Assembly (NCBI GenBank): GCA_050949565.1 | Contig: JBMNFY010000017.1 | Coordinates: 320,001 to 384,000 of the forward strand | Length of the DNA: 64,000 nucleotides | Source of the DNA: Kiritimatiellia bacterium | GTDB taxonomy: Bacteria; Verrucomicrobiota; Kiritimatiellia; RFP12; UBA1067 | Reading direction: 5' to 3' | Shown here: positions 17,785 through 27,245 of the stretch, one piece after another | How the letters are laid out: the number at the start of each line of letters is the position of its first letter | Position numbering within the stretch: the first letter of the stretch is position 1 | Notes under the pieces: generated by a model | Seen by the model: the letters and a program-made list of their open reading frames with translations, nothing else | Databases searched by the model: none | Told to the model about the DNA's origin: nothing | Position numbers and translations under genes: made by a program

Positions 17785-19611
17785 ATGTCAGCAAGCACGT
17801 ACGACGACAAACACATACAGACCCTCTCAGCGATTGAGCATATCCGCCAGCGTACCGGCATGTATATCGGTCGGACCGGCGATGGCAGCCAATACGAAGA
17901 CGGAATCTACATCCTCCTAAAGGAGGTCATCGACAACGCCGTAGACGAGTTCATCATGGGCTACGGCAAGCGGATCGAAATCTCCCTGAAGTACGACACC
18001 GGCGAGGTCGTTGTACGTGACTACGGCCGCGGCATCCCGCTGGGCAAGGTGGTGGAGTGCGTCTCGGAGATCAACACCGGTGCCAAGTTCAACGATGATG
18101 TCTTTCAGCTTTCTGTGGGCATGAACGGTGTCGGCACCAAGGCGGTGAACGCCCTCTCCACACAGTTCGAGGTGCGCGCCTTCCGCGACGGCGAATACTC
18201 GGAGGCCTTTTTCGAGCGCGGCGATCTTATTTCGCAGAAGCGCGGCAAATGCGCCTCGCCGCAGCGTAACGGCACCTATGTGCGCTTCATCCCCGATGCC
18301 AGCATCTTCAAAAAGTTCCAGTTCCGTGAGGAGCATGTGCTGCGCCGTTTACGCATGTACGCCTATCTCAATGCCGGACTCACTCTGGAGTTTAACAAGA
18401 CCAAGATCGTCTCCGAAAACGGTCTGCTGGATCTGATCCACGACGAAGTGCAGTTCGAGAAGCTGTACCAGCCCTTCCACTACCGCTCGAAGATGCTGGA
18501 ACTGGTCTTCACGCACACCAACCGTTTCAGTGAAGACTACTACTCGTTCGTCAACGGCCAATTCACTAATGATGGCGGTACGCATTTGTCGGCTTTCAAA
18601 GAGGGCCTACTCAAGGCGGTCAACGAGTTCAGTAAAAAGCGATTCGACGGCGACGACGTGCGCGAAGGCGTCGTCGGTGCGATCGCGATCCGGCTCAAAG
18701 ACCCGATCTTCGAATCGCAGACCAAGAACAGGCTGGGCAATCAGGAAATCCGCTCCGAGCTGGTGGCCGAAATCAAGCGCGTGATCGAAGAGATGCTGCA
18801 CCGCGAGCCGGACGAAGCCGCCAAGCTCATCAGCAAGGTCGAAGAGACCGGCAAGTTGCGCGCCGAACTCAACGCGGTCAAGAAGCTGGTGCGCGAGCGC
18901 TCGCGCACGGTCACTGTCCGTGTGCCGCAGCTCAAAGACTGCAAGCGCCATCTGCACAAGAAAAAAGGCACCGGGCTCGACACCATGATCTTCATCACCG
19001 AAGGCCAGTCGGCCGCGGGATCGATCGTGAGCTGCCGCGACGTCAACACGCAGGCGATCTTCACGCTCAGGGGCAAGCCGCTCAACGTGTGCGACGCCAA
19101 GCGCGACGCCCTGTACAAAAACGTCGAATTCTACAACCTGATGCAGAGCCTCGACATCGAAGAGACCGTCGATCGCCTGCGCTACCAGAAGGTGATCCTC
19201 GCCACCGACGCCGATGTCGACGGCCTGCACATCCGCAATCTGATGATCACCCTCTTCCTGCGTTTCTTTGACCGGGTCATCAAGGAAGGCCACCTCTACA
19301 TCCTGGAGACACCCCTCTTCCGCGTACGCAACAAGAAAGAAACCTTCTACTGCTACAGTGAGGATGAGCGCGTGGCGGCGATCGAAGCCTGCGGCCGCAA
19401 TCCGGAGATCACCCGCTTCAAAGGTCTGGGAGAAATTTCACCCGGCGAGTTCAAGGCGTTCATCGGCAAGAACATGCGGCTGACGCCGGTTGACAGTTCA
19501 CGCGACCGCAACCTCAAAGACACGGTCGATTTTTACATGGGGCGCAACACTCAGGAACGGCGCCAGTACATCATGGACAACCTGGTGATCACAGAGGAAT
19601 CGCTGTCGTGA
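17785..19611 (+). CDS. parE: DNA topoisomerase IV subunit B
   Basis: EVIDNAVDE, DYGRGIP, GMNGVG, ITEGQSA, LRGKPLN, DADVDG, TRFKGLGE. Confidence 0.9.
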   Translation: MSASTYDDKHIQTLSAIEHIRQRTGMYIGRTGDGSQYEDGIYILLKEVIDNAVDEFIMGYGKRIEISLKYDTGEVVVRDYGRGIPLGKVVECVSEINTGAKFNDDVFQLSVGMNGVGTKAVNALSTQFEVRAFRDGEYSEAFFERGDLISQKRGKCASPQRNGTYVRFIPDASIFKKFQFREEHVLRRLRMYAYLNAGLTLEFNKTKIVSENGLLDLIHDEVQFEKLYQPFHYRSKMLELVFTHTNRFSEDYYSFVNGQFTNDGGTHLSAFKEGLLKAVNEFSKKRFDGDDVREGVVGAIAIRLKDPIFESQTKNRLGNQEIRSELVAEIKRVIEEMLHREPDEAAKLISKVEETGKLRAELNAVKKLVRERSRTVTVRVPQLKDCKRHLHKKKGTGLDTMIFITEGQSAAGSIVSCRDVNTQAIFTLRGKPLNVCDAKRDALYKNVEFYNLMQSLDIEETVDRLRYQKVILATDADVDGLHIRNLMITLFLRFFDRVIKEGHLYILETPLFRVRNKKETFYCYSEDERVAAIEACGRNPEITRFKGLGEISPGEFKAFIGKNMRLTPVDSSRDRNLKDTVDFYMGRNTQERRQYIMDNLVITEESLS

Positions 19612-21746
19612 GTAAGTCTCCCAAAAAACCGAAACGCCAAAAGAAGACGGATGCAGACGCCATCCAGCCCCCCAGCCTGTTTGACGACATGGATCTTTTC
19701 GATGCCATGCCGACCGCATCCACCGAAGAAGAGGCGGACGGCTCCGGACGGGGCGGCGATGCTTCGCCGCCCGCGTCCGATGCGCACGGCGGCGCGGGCC
19801 CGCTGCGTGACCTGATGGACGACAACTTCCTGCAGTTCGCTTCCTACACCATCTGCAACCGCGCCATCCCTACAGTGGAAGACGGACTCAAACCCGTGCA
19901 GCGCCGCATCATGCACAGCCTGTGGGAAAAAGACGATGGACGCTTCATCAAAGTCGCGAACGTGGTTGGCCACACGATGCAGTACCACCCGCATGGCGAT
20001 GCATCAATCGCGGACGCGATCGTCAATCTGACGAACAAGCGCTATCTCATCGAAGGCCAAGGGAACTACGGTAATATCTTCACCGGCGATCCTGCCGCCG
20101 CTTCGCGTTACATTGAGTGCCGTCTCACAGAGCTTGCGCGCAACGAACTCTTTAACCCCAAGCTGACCTCCTTTATCCCCAGCTACGACGGCCGGAACAA
20201 AGAGCCGATATTGCTGCCCTGCAAACTGCCGTTGCTGTTGATGCTCGGTGCCGAAGGCATCGCGGTGGGACTCTCCACCTCGATCATGCCGCACAACTTC
20301 ATTGAGTTGCTGGAGGCCCAAGTCGCGATCATCCAGAAAAAACCGTTCCAGGTCTTCCCGGATTTCCAAACCGGCGGCATTATGGATGTCTCGGAATATG
20401 CGGACGGCAACGGCCGCATCAAGCTCCGCGCCGTGATCGAGCACCGCCAGAACAACAAGCTCGTGATCACCGCGCTGCCGTCCGGACAAACCACTGAATC
20501 GCTGATTGCCAACATCGAAGACGCGATCAAGAAGAAAAAAGTGCCGGTCAAACAGATCAGCGACTACACGGCGGAAAAGGTTGAGATTGAGTTGACGCTC
20601 AACGCAGGTGTCACACAAGACAAGGCGATTAAAGCGTTGTACGCCTTCACCACCTGCGAATCTTCCCTGACCAGCCGACCGGTCGTCCTGTTCCGCGACC
20701 GGCCGCGCGAGATGTCGGTCAGCGAGATCCTGCACGCCTGCACCGAACAGCTTATGGACCTGCTGCTGCGCGAACTCGAGTTGCGGCGTGACGAATTAGA
20801 CAACCTCTTCCATAGCAAGACGCTGGAGCAGATCTTCATCGAAGAACGTATCTACAAGCGCATCGAGGAGCAGACCAGCTACGAAGCGGTGCAGCAGGCG
20901 GTGCTTGATGGATTCGTGCCATTCCTCGACCGCCTGCGCCGTGAGGTCACGCGTGACGATGTCGAAATGCTGCTGAAGATCCAGATCCGGCGCATCTCGC
21001 GATACGACATTGAACGCAACCGCCAAGAGATCGAGGGCATCCTGCGCGAAGAGGACGAGGTCGCCAAGAACATCAAAGGACTGCGCGCCTATGCCGTGCG
21101 TTACCTGAAAAACCTGATCAAGAAATACCAGCCCCTCTACCCGCGTTTGACCAAACTCGCTGAAGCCCCCTTCAAGCAGATCGAGGTGCGCGCGCTCACA
21201 GCCAGCGAATTGTCGCTCAAGTTTGACAGCGAAAACGGTTACATCGGCACCGACATCCGTAACGGAGAAGAACTCTTCAAGTGCTCATCGCTCGACAAGA
21301 TCATCGTAGTCTGGAACGACGGCCGGTACAAGATGATGCCGCCGCCCGACAAGCTGTTCGTCGACAAGAAGGGCGCGACCTACTGTCAGATTTTCGACCG
21401 TGACAAAACGTTCACCTGCGTCTACACCGAACCGCAATACGGTTTCACCTACATCAAGCGCTTCGCGTTCGGCGGCGCCATCCAGAACAAGGAGTATTGG
21501 CTTGTGCCAGAAGGCAGCAAGATCATCCTGTTCGAGGAAGGCGTGCCGGATGCCGTGTTCGTGAAATACAAGCCGGCGAAGTCACAACGCATCCACCAGC
21601 AGATGTTCACACCCTCTGAAGTTCTGCTGAAGGGCGTCCGCGCGAGGGGCATCCAGATGACCTCTAAGGACATCGCCCGGATCACCACCAAAAAGCCCAG
21701 TTGGTGGGACGATAACGACACACCTCCCAGGGGCGTGCTCACTTGA
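19608..21746 (+). CDS. parC: DNA topoisomerase IV subunit A
   Basis: DGLKPVQRRI, YHPHGD, active-site AASRYIECRL. GTGA overlap with parE. Confidence 0.9.
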   Translation: MSKSPKKPKRQKKTDADAIQPPSLFDDMDLFDAMPTASTEEEADGSGRGGDASPPASDAHGGAGPLRDLMDDNFLQFASYTICNRAIPTVEDGLKPVQRRIMHSLWEKDDGRFIKVANVVGHTMQYHPHGDASIADAIVNLTNKRYLIEGQGNYGNIFTGDPAAASRYIECRLTELARNELFNPKLTSFIPSYDGRNKEPILLPCKLPLLLMLGAEGIAVGLSTSIMPHNFIELLEAQVAIIQKKPFQVFPDFQTGGIMDVSEYADGNGRIKLRAVIEHRQNNKLVITALPSGQTTESLIANIEDAIKKKKVPVKQISDYTAEKVEIELTLNAGVTQDKAIKALYAFTTCESSLTSRPVVLFRDRPREMSVSEILHACTEQLMDLLLRELELRRDELDNLFHSKTLEQIFIEERIYKRIEEQTSYEAVQQAVLDGFVPFLDRLRREVTRDDVEMLLKIQIRRISRYDIERNRQEIEGILREEDEVAKNIKGLRAYAVRYLKNLIKKYQPLYPRLTKLAEAPFKQIEVRALTASELSLKFDSENGYIGTDIRNGEELFKCSSLDKIIVVWNDGRYKMMPPPDKLFVDKKGATYCQIFDRDKTFTCVYTEPQYGFTYIKRFAFGGAIQNKEYWLVPEGSKIILFEEGVPDAVFVKYKPAKSQRIHQQMFTPSEVLLKGVRARGIQMTSKDIARITTKKPSWWDDNDTPPRGVLT

Positions 21747-21777
21747 TGGCGTATAGCGCCATAGTGGGAGTAAGAAG

Positions 21778-22068
21778 TAATCCTAAAAAGAGCAGTTGAA
21801 CCTTCAACTCTCTTTGGTTTCTAGTTTCAAGGTTTCATGGTTTCATCCAAATCGGGATCGGGATCGCTATCGGGATCGATTGTTTAACCACGGAACACGC
21901 CGAACACACGGAAAGGCATGGCTCTTTTTCCGTGTGTTTAGTGTGTTCCGTGGTTCCAATCAGAAATTGCGTTCTGCACCAAATAGGTGCGGCGCGGATC
22001 TCAACGGAAACCAATGTTTACGGGGCTTTGCTCAAAATCTGCATGCTCAACTGCTCTTTTTAGGCTTA
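21778..22068. mobile_element. MITE-like element with 22-bp TIRs TAA(T/G)CCTAAAAAGAGCAGTTGA
   Basis: Arms 21778-21799 and 22047-22068 (1 mismatch). Interior has 7/8-mer GTTTCA-type repeats, ATCGGG hexamers and a long hairpin 21886-21955. Confidence 0.75.
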
Positions 22069-22142
22069 GTCGTTTCACACCTTGCCTACAACTTGGACAT
22101 CAAGACAGGGGCACGGGTTTTCCAATGCTAAATAAAAGAAAA

Positions 22143-22430
22143 AACGCTCAACTCTCAACGTTCAACTTTCAACTCTCAAGTGGCTCGGCTCGCGGGGACC
22201 GCCCACCAGCCGTCGCGTCTTCGCGTGACACAACAGAGCAGGGCTTTTACACTCATCTTAGCGACCACTGGGTGGTCGCAATAAGAGTGGTTGACTCGCG
22301 ACCCGCGACGTGCGACTTGCGGCCAGCCCAGCCCCTAAAAAAACCTTTGTGACCTTCGTGCCTTCGTGTGAGAAAAACCGAGCACTGCCATCCCAAAACC
22401 TCTGCGTCTCCGCGTCTCTGCGTTAAAAAT
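22143..22430. repeat. Mosaic of short tandem and hairpin repeat modules
   Basis: TCAACTC heptamers 22143-22180, hairpin 22251-22288, GCGAC-core heptamers 22293-22321, CTTTGTGACCTTCGTGCCTTCGTGTGA 22345-22371, CTCTGCGTCTCCGCGTCTCTGCGTTAAAAA ~22400-22429. Several recur at 49.3 and 54.5-54.8 kb. Confidence 0.85.
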
Positions 22431-22444
22431 TCCGGGCGCGGCCT

Positions 22445-23521
22445 TTACTTCCGCGCGGACGCATTAGGCGCGGGCACGGGGAGCACATAGACGGTGGTGT
22501 TGGGATGGGTTCCGGAATAATAAGCGAGGAAGTGCGTGTTGCCGATCACGGTGACATTGACGTTACCTGTGTCCCAAGGGCTCTCGCTGCCTCTCCCGAC
22601 GATCTCGGGCTCGGCCCATGCGGTCGGCTTGGACCACACCTCTGCCAGCGCATTAACGCGGCGCTTCACCAGACCCTTGCCGCGCTCGAAGTAGTAGTTG
22701 CTCACAAGTCCGGACTGCGCGTCGTAGACCAGTGACGGCGTCGAACACAAGATATCGCCGATGTTGGTACGCTCACGCTTCCACGTCACACCCGAATCGA
22801 CCGACGTCAACTGGAACTGCAAGCCGCCGGAAGAACCCGAGACCTCTGTGCGGGCCAGAGCAAATATCTTACCGTCGCCGACATACACAGCGGACTGTTC
22901 GGTGGGCCAATCGGCCTTTGAAAGCTCCTTCTCGATGGTCGTCTGCTTCCATGTGAGGCCATTGTCCGTGCTGACAAGCGTGCCCCAAGAGTGACTGCGA
23001 TCATCCTTGTAGTTTCCGGCAAACCAAAGCGACATCATCCCCTTGCCCGGAACGTGAAAGACATCGGTTATCTGCATGGGCAACGGCGAAAGCGACGGCG
23101 TTGATATCTTCTCGAACGTCATGCCGTCCTTCGTGCGATAAAGGTCATGATGGTTCTTGGGGCCGCCGAAGCAGCGCACCCAGAGCAACATGGCGCCATT
23201 TTCGTCAAGCCCCTTGCCGATGGTCACTTCGCCGTAATTCGGTTCATTGGCCACGCAAACCTCGTTGGACCACGTTTTTCCGCCATCGTCCGACGCTCGC
23301 GCGAAAACACCTCTCACGCCTTCGACGATATTATGGCTGGTACCACGGCTATAGGTACACACAAGCCGCTGCCCGATCGCCTGCATCATCGGCCAAGAGT
23401 TGTAGCCCTTGCAGTCCTGCACCGTATACGGCGTAAACTTAGCCTCAGTCGCCCCCACCCCCAAGACCGCCACAACCGCTGTGACAGCCGCCATCGTCGT
23501 CATTGTATTCGTCCGATTCAT
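22445..23521 (-). CDS. Secreted BNR/Asp-box beta-propeller (sialidase-fold) protein
   Basis: Signal peptide. Asp-boxes SDDGGKTW, TKDGMTF, STDNGLTW, SVDSGVTW. Confidence 0.8.
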   Translation of the reverse strand: MNRTNTMTTMAAVTAVVAVLGVGATEAKFTPYTVQDCKGYNSWPMMQAIGQRLVCTYSRGTSHNIVEGVRGVFARASDDGGKTWSNEVCVANEPNYGEVTIGKGLDENGAMLLWVRCFGGPKNHHDLYRTKDGMTFEKISTPSLSPLPMQITDVFHVPGKGMMSLWFAGNYKDDRSHSWGTLVSTDNGLTWKQTTIEKELSKADWPTEQSAVYVGDGKIFALARTEVSGSSGGLQFQLTSVDSGVTWKRERTNIGDILCSTPSLVYDAQSGLVSNYYFERGKGLVKRRVNALAEVWSKPTAWAEPEIVGRGSESPWDTGNVNVTVIGNTHFLAYYSGTHPNTTVYVLPVPAPNASARK

Positions 23522-23525
23522 CGTC

Positions 23526-25886
23526 TTACCTCAAGATAATGCTCGTGCCCGTAGGCATCGAACGCATGAATGAAGAAACCGGCAGGACGCCATCAGTTAT
23601 TCTGACCTCGTCTATGTAGCCGGTGAAATTGTTGTCGGCACCGATCGTAAATGCACAAGCATCGTCATCAGGATACTTAATGATCCCGGTAAATTGCTGG
23701 CTGCCGTGACTGACATAATCGCGATAAAGCCTGAGTTCCGTCTTGGTGAGCCCGGAAACGTTTATCTTCTCAACCGTTATCGCATAATGGTGCCAACGCC
23801 CGTCGTCGATATCGTCAGGAAAAGCGGTCCATGTTGTGATGTATTTCTGCTGCGACGCTTCACACGCCTCAAAATCAAGCGCCTTCTTGCTGGTCGGACG
23901 GACATAGACCCTCCACGTGGGGGCGGGATCGTGACCCTCGAAAGAAGTTGTGGTCTGACTCAGACGCAACAGACCGGTATTCGTTGCGCACGCCGAAAGA
24001 TTCATGAACCACTCAATCGTGAAACTGGTCTTGCCGTGTAGGCTCGTGAAATGCGGATACCGGACCTGACTCGCATCCATGTAGAGTGACTTCACGTTTT
24101 GTTTCGTAACAAGTTCCGCCTCGCCGTCCAGCGCCACCTTCGGTCTGACAACACTACTGAAGGCGGGCACATTTCCTTCGTCCTCAGCAGTGACTCGGGC
24201 GAATCCCGCGCCAGCGGGATTGAGAGACGGATAAGGTTCGACCATATAATCGCTGTTGTCAAATGTGAGGTGGACCAATACCCCAGGCGCTCCCGCCGGA
24301 TCTGCGAGCATGAATTCCTCAGGCCCCAGCGCGCGCCGGGTGATGCGCAACTCGTCTATCCAGCCGGGAAAATATTGACGGTGCCCTGCAATGTTCTGCA
24401 CGCCCGCAGATGGGTAGACCGCGCCCGTAGTGCCGAGCGTCACGCTACGGCTGCCTTGAAGCGCGTAATCCACATAGAGTCGCGTCTTGGCGGCGTCGAT
24501 GTCATAGACGAAGGCGAGGTGGTGCCAAGTACCGTCATCCACACGGTTCTTGCTCTTGATATCAAGTACGGTGCTGTAATCGCCATAGGTTTGGAAGCCG
24601 CGCCCGAGAATCTTGCCGTCGTCACCGAGGCCGACCTTGACACACGGCGAATAGAAAAACGTCCAGGTTTCGCCATCGATCGGTCCCGGAGCTTTGAAAA
24701 AGCACTCCATGGTGAAACTCGCCTTTTCAAACTCCGAATTCGGAGCCATGATCTTGACACCGCTCCCAGATCCGGTTTCGTTGCGCACGGAATGCGTGGA
24801 CCCCGCATTTGCAACGACACCCGCGGCATCGTTGATACCGAAACGGAACGCGTCTCCGGCTTTGTTGATGGCATCCAGAACCGCCGGCGGAGAGTTCGTC
24901 TCACTCATCGGATTGGTTATTCGCGTAAACGCCCCCGTGGCGGTGTTCACGTTGACGAGCGAGCCGAACCGGTAATTGAACCCGAACATGTCGGGACAGA
25001 AAAGAATCGTATCATCCGGCGTCACGCGCGGCGGAACCCTGACCTGAAGGAACTCGCTGCTCCCGATCGCGGTGTCGTTGATTCTCACTTCCAGAATGTC
25101 GCCGGGAAATGTACGCTCGGCAACATGGGTGTTCGCGCCGATCATAAGCGGCTTGTTGGGCACTTGATCCAAGGCTCCGAGCCCAGACAGGCTATGAACG
25201 AGTTGATAGTCGAGATAGAGCCTTCCCGTACCTTCGGCATCCAAGGTAAACGCGGCATGGTGCCAGACATCAGGCGTGACTAAGGGTCCCGACCCGCCGC
25301 CGACTACCCTCGATGTGCCCCCAGCGTTGAACCGGCAGGCGAGTTTGCCGCTCCACCCGATCCCCAGCATGACCAATTCCTTGTAGCCATCGTTGTTTAC
25401 TCCCGGCAGATAGACGATCGGCGCCATCGACCAGTCTGTCAAGGCACCGGCGGACGTCCTGAAGATCGCCTCGACGGTCACGTTGGTCAATCCAAGATTC
25501 GAGGGGTTGGACGTATCCGTTCGGAGCATCGCCCCGTTGGCGCTTTTGGTACCCGGCGGGATTTCCGTCAGGCCGAAGTGCATGGCGTTCAGCCGTTCGC
25601 CCCCTTCCTGCGTGACGGGATCGTAAACCCAGATCCCCGACGGCATGCCTACAGTTCCGGAAGGCATATATTCGGGGACCACTCCACGATTGATGCCGAC
25701 CAACGAGTGGCAGTGCATTTGATACATGCCGGGATTGGCGATGTTGTCGATCACCGTACTGAGCGTCGACGTCACACCGATGTCCAACACATCCAACTGG
25801 TACCACAACACCGTCTCAGCCTCTGCGCTCGCTACAAGAAAGGCCGCCACACCTGTCGTAAACACCCAACGCTGCCATGTCTTCAT
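23526..25886 (-). CDS. Secreted protein with three LamG/concanavalin-like domains
   Basis: Signal peptide MKTWQRW..AEA. Three T[VMI]ExxF...WHHxA...G.I[LD]E.RI units. AAAGGAG RBS. Confidence 0.85.
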   Translation of the reverse strand: MKTWQRWVFTTGVAAFLVASAEAETVLWYQLDVLDIGVTSTLSTVIDNIANPGMYQMHCHSLVGINRGVVPEYMPSGTVGMPSGIWVYDPVTQEGGERLNAMHFGLTEIPPGTKSANGAMLRTDTSNPSNLGLTNVTVEAIFRTSAGALTDWSMAPIVYLPGVNNDGYKELVMLGIGWSGKLACRFNAGGTSRVVGGGSGPLVTPDVWHHAAFTLDAEGTGRLYLDYQLVHSLSGLGALDQVPNKPLMIGANTHVAERTFPGDILEVRINDTAIGSSEFLQVRVPPRVTPDDTILFCPDMFGFNYRFGSLVNVNTATGAFTRITNPMSETNSPPAVLDAINKAGDAFRFGINDAAGVVANAGSTHSVRNETGSGSGVKIMAPNSEFEKASFTMECFFKAPGPIDGETWTFFYSPCVKVGLGDDGKILGRGFQTYGDYSTVLDIKSKNRVDDGTWHHLAFVYDIDAAKTRLYVDYALQGSRSVTLGTTGAVYPSAGVQNIAGHRQYFPGWIDELRITRRALGPEEFMLADPAGAPGVLVHLTFDNSDYMVEPYPSLNPAGAGFARVTAEDEGNVPAFSSVVRPKVALDGEAELVTKQNVKSLYMDASQVRYPHFTSLHGKTSFTIEWFMNLSACATNTGLLRLSQTTTSFEGHDPAPTWRVYVRPTSKKALDFEACEASQQKYITTWTAFPDDIDDGRWHHYAITVEKINVSGLTKTELRLYRDYVSHGSQQFTGIIKYPDDDACAFTIGADNNFTGYIDEVRITDGVLPVSSFMRSMPTGTSIILR

Positions 25887-25968
25887 AGCTGTCTCCTTTG
25901 TTTCCCCGGTCAATCAAAGCTTTGCGGTTGTCTAATAGCGTACCAGATGTGCGCCACCTACAATCATA

Positions 25969-25999
25969 CTTTTGCGAAACAATTATTCATGCTTTTGCG
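25969..25999. promoter_or_regulatory. Candidate AraC/XylR-type direct-repeat binding sites
   Basis: CTTTTGCG at 25969 and 25992 in the divergent intergenic region; partial copies at 25920 and 26007. Confidence 0.35.
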
Positions 26000-26045
26000 C
26001 ATTCTTCTTGCGTTTCAATGTTCCGCCGTATATCCTTGCGCCATC

Positions 26046-27191
26046 ATGAAAACGGTCATTGTCTTCAGAACCACCGGCCTGAAGTGCTGGCAGCACAAAC
26101 TCGAGGGGATGCACTGGTTCGCCGATGCGCACGGGTGGCGACTGCAAGTGATCGACGGCAACCTCTCCGCCACCCAGACGGCGAACCTGCTGGATTTCTG
26201 GGAAGCGGTAGGTTGCATCATGGAGGCGGACGGCGGCTGCACGAAATTGCGGCCCAGACACTTCCGCCACACACCGGTTGTCTTTCTCGACCACTCACCC
26301 GATATCACCAAAGAAGGTGCGTCCGTTGTCCGCCACGACTCCGCACAAATCGCGCGCGTCGCGGCAAAGGAATTACTGCGACTCGATTTTCACGACTACG
26401 CCCTCGTCGGGTGGTTCTCCCACACCTACTGGACGCTCGACAAACTCGAAGCCTTCAAGTCGGTGCTCGAACTGCACGGCAAGCGCGTGCATGTTTTCGA
26501 GCCTGAAGCCGGCGATCGCGGCGGCACCACCGCGCTTCAAAGGCGCCTTCGGTCCTGGCTACGAAGACTACCCAAACCGTGCGGCGTGTTCGGCGTGAAC
26601 GACTATATCGCCGAACGTGCCCTCTCCGCCGCCGTCGCCCTGGGATACGCGGTTCCCGAAGATCTGGCCTTCGTCGGTGCCGACAATGACGAACTCATTT
26701 GCGAAACGACCCGGCCTTCGATGACCAGCGTTTTGCCGGATTTTAAGACCACGGGGTACATGGCCGCCGAACTGCTCGCCAGAAAGATCGACGATCCCGA
26801 CTCACCGGCGGTCCTGCGCGTTGTTCCTCCGCTCGGAATTGTGCGACGCCAGTCCACACGGCTTTTCAAACGGTCGGACGCATGCGTTCAAGCGGCCATG
26901 GAACTGATCCGGCGCAAAGCCGCAGATGGGATAAAGGCGAGGGACGTTCTTGCAACCTTCCCCTGTTCACGGCGGCAGGCGGAAATCCGGTTCCGCTCCC
27001 TGACTGGACGCAGCGTACTGGAGGAAATACAGGAAGTACGTTTCACCCGCGCGATGGATCTTCTCAAAAGCCCGAACGTCGCCATCGGCGCGATCGCCGG
27101 GCGTTCCGGATGGCCTTCGGAACTCGTACTGGAACGCTATGTTAAGAAAAGAACCGGCAAAACATTGTCGGAAATCAGGCGCACGCAATGA
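26046..27191 (+). CDS. XylR-like regulator (LacI-type sugar-binding domain + AraC HTH)
   Basis: LPKPCGVFGVND, VPEDLAFVGADND, GYMAAELL, C-terminal SRRQAEIRF..GRSVLEEI..IAGRSGW. Confidence 0.9.
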   Translation: MKTVIVFRTTGLKCWQHKLEGMHWFADAHGWRLQVIDGNLSATQTANLLDFWEAVGCIMEADGGCTKLRPRHFRHTPVVFLDHSPDITKEGASVVRHDSAQIARVAAKELLRLDFHDYALVGWFSHTYWTLDKLEAFKSVLELHGKRVHVFEPEAGDRGGTTALQRRLRSWLRRLPKPCGVFGVNDYIAERALSAAVALGYAVPEDLAFVGADNDELICETTRPSMTSVLPDFKTTGYMAAELLARKIDDPDSPAVLRVVPPLGIVRRQSTRLFKRSDACVQAAMELIRRKAADGIKARDVLATFPCSRRQAEIRFRSLTGRSVLEEIQEVRFTRAMDLLKSPNVAIGAIAGRSGWPSELVLERYVKKRTGKTLSEIRRTQ

Positions 27192-27245
27192 AATTTGTAC
27201 CACTTATTACATCTTACCCATTGCTTCTTACTTCCGCCCTGCCTG

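Noticed and set aside
21778-22430. CRISPR array in the repeat-rich intergenic regions (also 49.0-49.3 and 53.7-55.2 kb)
   Set aside because: No constant repeat with regularly sized unique spacers, and no cas genes.
25578-26045. N-terminal extension of the XylR-like ORF (likewise the upstream extensions of rpmI and of the GT2 at 33047)
   Set aside because: It overlaps the divergent gene or promoter; homology-like sequence starts at the downstream ATG.
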